Below, in pieces: positions 45,661 to 53,260 of a stretch of 53,260 nt of DNA. Both the position numbers and the translations under genes were made by a program. The notes below the pieces were generated by a model. That model saw nothing but the letters and a program-made list of their open reading frames with translations. It was not told the origin of the DNA and ran no database searches. Each line of letters starts with the position of its first letter. The stretch's first letter is position 1. Source of the stretch: Octopus bimaculoides (lineage: Eukaryota). The stretch spans positions 29,361,647 through 29,414,906 of the forward strand of contig NC_068989.1 in NCBI RefSeq assembly GCF_001194135.2. Reading direction: 5' to 3'.

Positions 45661-47756
45661 ATGTTTACAATAAAACAGTCCTTCTGATGCAATGTTACTG
45701 TTAAATATTTTCAGTAATATCCCTAACTCTTTGTACCAGAAAGGTAACTGACACCATTAAGGAGTTTAAACAAAGCCACTTTAAACTACTTTCATATCAT
45801 ACAAAAGCTTCAAAGATATTGTACTTTGCTTCTTGGAGATAGAATTTACATATTTCCAACTCCAATGGCACCTAGCAAACAGACCTTTTGGTTATAAACC
45901 CCTTGTTAATGATATTTGAATAATTGGCTGATCTTTTTCTTCTTTAAAATCAAATTAATAAATTGTTTGAGAAATCACTACTTGTATTTTCTTTACAAGT
46001 GTCTTAACATTTGGCTGTATGAATTTTATCTCTTGGTCAGGGGGACCCTCATCATCTGACTGTTCCTCAAAGAGTTGCTTTCTGCTCATCGCTGAACCAT
46101 TTTTGTGTAGAATCATCACAAGTTATGAAAAGTCGACTCTCTCTAATCATATTCAATGAAAACAATGGCTGGCATCCAGTGAAAAAGGAGAATTCATCCC
46201 AAACTAGGACTACACTTGAAAAAAAGTTATATTCTGTGTTATGAGATCTGAAGTGTTAAACCAAAATACAGTTAATGAGGAGAAATAGTCATCAGTTGGA
46301 AGTATTGCACAAAAATTTGCAAAGAGCCCATTACTGGTCAACTGTAAATGGTGCTGTTCTTAAGATAATAATACAAAAACCACATATTGCCCAAATCACT
46401 CAAGAAAAAATTATGGCACTATTGAAGTCTTGCTACATCTGACTAATTTTTTCAGATCATTGCAAAATTATTAAGAGGTAATGCAGTTTATTAATTATGA
46501 AGGGGATAAATATTATATTGCATTTCTTTACTTTAAAACAGGAGTCATCAACAATTTGCCAAATAGATTATTTTGATTAAATATACCAATAAGGCCAAAG
46601 AAGCATATGTTTCTTACCCATCTTGAAATGCAATAAGACAACTTAATACATCTATATAAAACTGCCTGTCATGACTTACGGTATATCTCCTTTAACACGT
46701 AGTTGAAATATTAAAATTCTTTGAATTTAAAGAATTATGTTCAAATGATGATAGACAAATAAATAAATAGAGTTGAAATTAAAATTACAAATACTAATTT
46801 TCTACAATATTTCAGGACTGTAGAAATTGATTAGATTACCTAAGAAATAGGGAGAAAAAAAAAAGGATTTTTTTTTTAATAGAATTCATTAGTGAATCAC
46901 ATCTCCATATCAACTTTATTGGGTATCTGCATATTTAGGAAAATCCACCAGCATTAGGGCATGCCAACTGTTTCACTCCCTTCCTGCTTCATGCCAGTCA
47001 TCAACTCAGTCAAGAAGATATCAATAGCATCGGTTAAGAATAGAATCCAGTGGAATATTTTGGGTGTAACTTAATATTCAGAACTCTGCAGATGACAGTA
47101 CTATAACACAAATGTCGCTTATGACAATATGACTTTATCTTTGTAAAAGATCTACAACAGAAAGTTTGACACAAACAACACCAACTAAGAAAGAGATATT
47201 GAAAGATACTAATGAACCCACTCCACTTTGGTAGTGACAAGCAAGGAGACAAATATGTCATCCTAAAATTTAAAGAATATATGGAGTTCTAAAGAAGTCA
47301 CATCTTCAAATTCAATATCATACTTGTGCTACTGAGACAAAGATCAACAGCAATTATTCTAAAACAATTGTGCATATTGCCACTAACATTTTCCAAAGAA
47401 GGATTCTCTAGATTCAGTGTTCCCTAAAATCAATAGCCATACCCTGTAGCTGAAAACTGAGCAGAAAAGTAGAGAGGATGTAGACATAAATCAGCAATGG
47501 TGAGGAATTAGTTACACACTCTCCAATTTTAAATTGATCACAAGGTATGCTCAGGTTGAACTGACATATAAATAGTAGCTATTCCTTTTGACACATCAGT
47601 TTGGATTAGGTGATATATAGATTATTTGCTGTGGATAAAGTGAAAAATTTAGGAAGGGAGTGGGGAGTTATGCATTTGTTGAGAACTTGAATGTGAAAAA
47701 AATTTGTTCAACAAAATAAACATTTTCCTGCCATATAATATATACCATCTACAAAA

Positions 47757-50030
47757 AATCACTGCAGAGATGCTCAAAATATCTGGCAGTGTCAGCTATA
47801 GCCTAGTCACCCGTATTGCTAACCAGGTGATACATGAAGGAGTCATACCCAATGACTGGTGTAGCAGCACCATAGTCAACTGCTACAAAGGTAAAGGTGA
47901 TGCTTTAGATACAAATAATTAGAGGTATCAAGCTGTTAGATGAGGTAATGAAAGTCACGGAGAGGGTCATAGCCCAACTACTCAGGGAGCGGGTCAGTTT
48001 AGATGAGATGCAGTTTGGGTTCGTACCAAGGAAAAGCACCACTGATGCTATATTTCTGGTAAGGCAGCTGCAGGAGAAATACCTAGCCAAGGATAAACCT
48101 CTGTACNNNNNNNNNNNNNNNNNNNNNNNNNNNNNNNNNNNNNNNNNNNNNNNNNNNNNNNNNNNNNNNNNNNNNNNNNNNNNNNNNNNNNNNNNNNNNN
48201 NNNNNNNNNNNNNNNNNNNNNNNNNNNNNNNNNNNNNNNNNNNNNNNNNNNNNNNNNNNNNNNNNNNNNNNNNNNNNNNNNNNNNNNNNNNNNNNNNNNN
48301 NNNNNNNNNNNNNNNNNNNNNNNNNNNNNNNNNNNNNNNNNNNNNNNNNNNNNNNNNNNNNNNNNNNNNNNNNNNNNNNNNNNNNNNNNNNNNNNNNNNN
48401 NNNNNNNNNNNNNNNNNNNNNNNNNNNNNNNNNNNNNNNNNNNNNNNNNNNNNNNNNNNNNNNNNNNNNNNNNNNNNNNNNNNNNNNNNNNNNNNNNNNN
48501 NNNNNNNNNNNNNNNNNNNNNNNNNNNNNNNNNNNNNNNNNNNNNNNNNNNNNNNNNNNNNNNNNNNNNNNNNNNNNNNNNNNNNNNNNNNNNNNNNNNN
48601 NNNNNNNNNNNNNNNNNNNNNNNNNNNNNNNNNNNNNNNNNNNNNNNNNNNNNNNNNNNNNNNNNNNNNNNNNNNNNNNNNNNNNNNNNNNNNNNNNNNN
48701 NNNNNNNNNNNNNNNNNNNNNNNNNNNNNNNNNNNNNNNNNNNNNNNNNNNNNNNNNNNNNNNNNNNNNNNNNNNNNNNNNNNNNNNNNNNNNNNNNCTG
48801 CTATCTGGATGTCCAAGTTAGTAGTGGCGGTGGGTGCGCTGAAAGTGTAGCTGCTAGAATAAGAATAGCCTGGGCAAGGTTCAGAGAGCTCTTACCTCTG
48901 CTGGCGACAAAGGGACTCTCACTCAAAGTAAAAGGCAGACTGTATGATGCATGTGTACGAACAGCCATGCTTCATGGCAGTGAAACATGGGCCATGACTG
49001 CTGAGGACATGTGTAAGCTCGCAAGGAATGAAGCCAGTATGCTCTGATGGATGAGTAATGTCAGTGTGCATACCTGACAGAGTGTAAGAATCTTGAGAGA
49101 AAAGTTGAACATAAGAAGCATCAGTTGTGGTGTGCAAGAGAGACGATTGCGCTGGTATGGTCACATGGTGAGAATGGACGAGGATAGCTGTATGTAAAAG
49201 TGGCACACCCTAGCGGTTGAGGGAACCCGTGGAAGAGGCAGGCCTAGGAAGACCTGGGATGAGGTGGTGAAGCACGACCTCTGAACATTAGACCTCACCA
49301 AGGCAATGACTTGTGACTGTGACCTTTGGAAATATGCTGTGCATGAGAAGACCCGGCAAGCCAAAATCCAAGGCCTCTGCCAGGGATGTAACATTCCTTC
49401 ATTGGACACTAAACTCCGCTTGCGAAGACATGGTGAGGCAAGTGAAATCGAAATCGAACTAAATTTGTAGGAATACTAAACTTGACTTGCGACGACCTGT
49501 TGGGGCAAGCGAAAGTGAAATCGTGATGGCACCTGTACCAGTGGAGCACTAGGAGTACCGTCCTGAGCGCGATCGTTGCCAGAACAGGTGTCTGGCTTCC
49601 ATGCTGGTGGCACGTAAATAGCCCCAGTGTGATCGTTACCAGCGTTGCCTTCCTGGCACGTGAAAAGACATTCGAGCGAGATCGTTGCCAGAGCCGATGG
49701 ACTGGCCCCTATGCAGGTGACATGTAAAATACACCATTTCGAGCGTGGCCGTTGATCGTTACCAACGTCGTCTCCCTGGCACTTGTGCCAGTGGCATGTG
49801 AAGGGACATTCGAGCGAGATTGTTGCCAGTGCCGATGGACTGGCTCTTGTGCAGGTGGCATGTAAAAGCACTCACTACACTCTCGGAGTGGTTGGCGTTA
49901 GGAAGGGCATCCAGCTGTAGAAACTGCCAAATCAGATTGGAGCCTGGTGTCGCCTCCTGGTCCACCAGTCCTCAGTCAAATCGTCCAACCCATGCTAGCA
50001 TGGAAAGCGGATATTAAACGATGATGATGA
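47757..50030 (+). mobile_element. 5'-truncated RTE-B LINE spanning an N-gap
   Basis: IPNDWCSSTIVNCYKGKGDA, QFGFVPRKSTTDAIFLVRQLQEKY, ORF end at about 49365, modular 3' UTR, (GAT)n tail. Confidence 0.9.
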
Positions 50031-51009
50031 AAAACCTATCATTTCTAATAAACCTGAAAGAATCAAGTCTAGGGTTTACTAAATCAGCTTCTTCTACCTG
50101 ATACTTTTCAGTAACTCCAAAATCTTTGATTTTAAAGGAAAAGATCAAATATCATAACAGAAGTAACATATTTTGCCACACTGTATCACACCACAAACTT
50201 GAAGTCTGCAGTAAGTTAAAGCATAGTAGACATTTGTTGCTGCTGTTCTCATTTACACATTGCCTCTCTGTCTGGACATCTTAATTTGTTTCATCATATA
50301 ACTCAGTACTACAAGTTTGTAGAAGTCGAGTTGATCAATGAAATGAATAACAATGCAATAGCAAATTATATAACTATCATAATACAGATTATTGGAAAAT
50401 TTGTAGAAATGAAGTGTACATACAAGGTGCAGACAACATTTGTTTGCAGTTTCAACTGCTAATTTTATGCATAATTACCCTGCACGCATAAGCAAAAGCA
50501 GAGTATTGTAATCACTCATCTTTGTATGTTTGCAAAATTACTGGAAAACGGCTGAATGGATTTTCACCAAATTTGGCAGAAATACTCATTGGGTGAGTAG
50601 CTTGAAATGATGAAAATTTGGCTTGATTATCTTCAAACATACATAAATATGTAACTGTGTATGTGTGTGCATGTATAGTGATAGATTTGAGGGTGTCATT
50701 TATTTACGAGTTGATTTCTTAATTTCACCAGAGTATAAATACCTACAATGGTGACAAATTTCCTGATAAGCAAGTGGTCATATAAATTATATCCTACAAC
50801 AAACTACAGTACATTTGATTCACCTGCTATCATTGAAAGACATTCCTATGCAATATTTTCTCTAAGTATTTCATCTTGTTCACTTTCTTTTTCATATGAA
50901 TTGACCCTCGTCTGCATGTAGACATGTGAGTATAAACAGACATACATACATAGATATGTGATTGTGTGTGTATGTGTGTACAGTGATGGATTTGAGGGTT
51001 TAGTTTATT

Positions 51010-51394
51010 TACGAGTTGATTTCTTTGATCACACAACATGTGACATTTGGCCTCCCAACTTGCCTGACTGCAATCCCCTCAATGTCTTTGTGTGGGATAT
51101 GGTGGAACAAGGGACCAACAAATCCAGCAGCAACATGAAGAAGATAAGCTGAGGGCCAAGATTACCAGGAATTTCAGGGGCCTAAAACGGGAAATAGTGA
51201 TGAAGGCCTGTGGAAAGTTCCGAGGTTGCTTGGAGGCTGTCATCAAGGCCAAAGGTGGGTTCATTAAATGAGATCAACAGAACATGTCATGAAGACAAAC
51301 TGACCTAAATGTGACGAATATATCTGACAAAATAAGGACACTTTTATTTTTTCCTGAGTTAGTCATCATGTGAATGAATACCATCCACACCCTG
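51010..51394 (+). mobile_element. C-terminal fragment and right TIR of a maT (DD37D)-like transposon
   Basis: DIWPPNLPDCNPLNVFVWDMVEQGTNK...KACGKFRGCLEAVIKAKGGFIK*; ends CACCCTG|TA. Confidence 0.75.
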
Positions 51395-51896
51395 TAACAT
51401 ATACAAGCAATCTAACAGCAAACAGAAATAGTATAATGTATGTTAGAGAATGCATTTTTTATGAGAATAAACTTAAAACATTTAGATAAACATTTTAAAA
51501 AATTGTCTTAAATAGAAAATGTAAAAAAAAAAAATGTATAATATTTATTTCAAAAAATATAAGTCAGCAACATGTATGAAAGGAATCAAGTTAACAGAAA
51601 TCAGAAATAAATAGGATCGATTCACCAAATGTGTAAATATCAGTTCAAGTGAGAAAGACATGCATGTTGAACTACTGTAGAGAACAGTGATATCAACAAA
51701 TCTAGACTTTTTCAATCATAGATCAGTTTTATGTGTCACAATTTTCTTCTCTTAGACTGGATCAAAATCAGTTGTATTTCCAGAGTTACATTTCAATGCA
51801 TTCAAACACTGTTTTATGATGCCTGCAATTAAAATTTTAAAATATTAATTATAATTCCTTTGTATTAAATATTTAGTATTAATGTAATCTACTATC

Positions 51897-52075
51897 CCAT
51901 GCTTGCATGAGTTAGAAAATTTGTTGATGCAAGTTTACTACAGCTGGATGCCCTTTCTGTTACCAACCTTCACATCTTTCCACGTAAGGTAATAATCTCC
52001 CCATGACTGGACATGCTTCAATGCAAAACTGGAAATGAAGGGCACCACTTGTTTACTATTATTATGCTATGTTAA
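51897..52075 (-). repeat. Old repeat with RTE-like tail, inverted relative to 52340-52570
   Basis: ctggatgccctttctgttaccaaccttcacatctttcc vs ggaaacaagtgaaagttgctgacaggaaggctatccag. Confidence 0.55.
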
Positions 52076-52214
52076 AACAAGGAAACACAAACACAGACCC
52101 TTTTATTTTTAATTAAGTCAGTCTTGGGCTTCTCAAGAGTTTCACTCAAACAAAATTGTAATCTTAATAATCTCTATGGTACTGAGTATTCATTCTTCTG
52201 ACAGTCAACATTGT

Positions 52215-52800
52215 GTAAGCCTGTATATAGGTTAAATCTCATTGCACAACACCTTAAGCAAGTGTCTCCTACTATAGGCCAGGTTGACAAAATCTTTGAG
52301 TGGATTTGGTAGATGGAAACTGAAAGAAGCCAGCCATGTGTGTGTACTCTAGACCAGACATCACTTGATGGTTGTAAATGAGCACCATCATCATACAAGG
52401 AAAGGTGATTGTTTCCAGTCTTCCAAGTAAAATATGTCCACTATGGGAAAATATTATCTTGCTTGGAAACAAGTGAAAGTTGCTGACAGGAAGGCTATCC
52501 AGCCATTAAAAATCTGCCTCAACAAATTCTGTCTAACCTATGCAAGCATAGAAAAAAAGGGTATTAAATGACAATTACATAGGCACACAAATGGCCCTTT
52601 GATTAAGAAGCTTGTTTCCCAACTACTAGGTTTCTGGTTCTTTTCCACTGTGTGGCACCCTTACACTTGTTCAGTCAACATTGATTTGATGGAGAGTGTG
52701 CTAATGTACAGCACATACATTTGATCACTATAAACAAATCATTTGTGCACGCTGTTCAGCAAAAACTGAACACTCATATGTCATCTTCGACAGGAGATTC
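52215..52800 (+). mobile_element. Cluster of old SINE-A heads joined to other repeat bodies
   Basis: caccttaagcaagtgtctcctactataggcc...gagtggatttggtagatggaaactgaaagaagcc and a second head at about 52580. Confidence 0.6.
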
Positions 52801-52814
52801 CACCACCATCATCA

Positions 52815-52816
52815 TC

Positions 52817-52848
<32 letters not shown>

Positions 52849-53000
52849 TGAGAGTGCGTGTCTGTATGTATGTATCAATCACTAAAACTCAAGAACTAAC
52901 CAACAGATTTCATTCAAATTTTACACATGCACTACTTAGGGCCATGGAGTATCAAGGGCCCAAAAAATTCTCAACTTCTTACCTAATGTGAGCCTGGAGT
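52815..53000 (+). mobile_element. Possible non-autonomous Helitron 5' end
   Basis: A|TC then (TA)n AAAACTGAGAGTGCGTGTCTGTATG and gatttcattcaaattttacac motif; no 3' hairpin-CTAG found. Confidence 0.3.
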
Positions 53001-53121
53001 AATCTCTTAGACAGATTGCTCTGCATTTTAAATTGATGTAATGATTACATTGTTCAATTAAATGGAGTTGCATGAAACAGCCGTACTGCATTACCTCTGG
53101 ATATGCTTGTTGCTTATTTTG

Positions 53122-53156
<35 letters not shown>

Positions 53157-53158
<2 letters not shown>

Positions 53159-53260
53159 TCTTACTCTTTTACTTGTTTCAGTCATTTGACTGCGGCCATG
53201 CTGGAGCACAGCCTTTAGTCGAGCAAATTGATCCTAGGACTTATTCTTTATATGCCAAGT
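53157..53260 (-). mobile_element. SINE family A 3' end, cut by the window edge
   Basis: tactcttttacttgtttcagtcatttgactgcggccatgctggagcac. Confidence 0.9.

Overview
AT-rich eukaryotic (animal) genomic scaffold with seven N-gaps (3751-4701, 6707-6807, 13600-14040, 15024-15319, 21629-21715, 28892-28947, 48107-48797). The repeat complement (tRNA-derived SINEs with internal (TA)n(TG)n, RTE LINEs ending in (GAT)n, dense microsatellites) looks like a coleoid cephalopod, probably Octopus; this is inference and no search was run. Most of the window is transposon debris: many 5'-truncated RTE LINEs (RT with an embedded C4HC3 PHD finger), an L1/Tx1-type element carrying a nested solo LTR and a nested Penelope-like element (PLE), a second PLE, R4/Dong-type fragments, Tc1, mariner, maT and Tc2-like DNA transposons, several foldback MITEs, three SINE families and a U6 pseudogene. 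Host genes are represented by one convincing first coding exon (minus strand, 9316-9445, Akt/14-3-3-type RQRSNSDP motif) and weaker small exon candidates further right. Most notable: (1) a complete 759-bp TRIM-like LTR element with 5-bp TSD, tRNA-Ser PBS, PPT and an internal array of PBS-like units; (2) both PLEs have inverted terminal arms containing hammerhead-ribozyme cores, and in one the ribozyme sits behind a tRNA-like Pol III head; (3) a U6 pseudogene abutting a SINE; (4) two pre-miRNA-like hairpins. Almost all long entries of the supplied ORF track are artefacts of N-gaps or microsatellites. All alignments and folds were done by eye.
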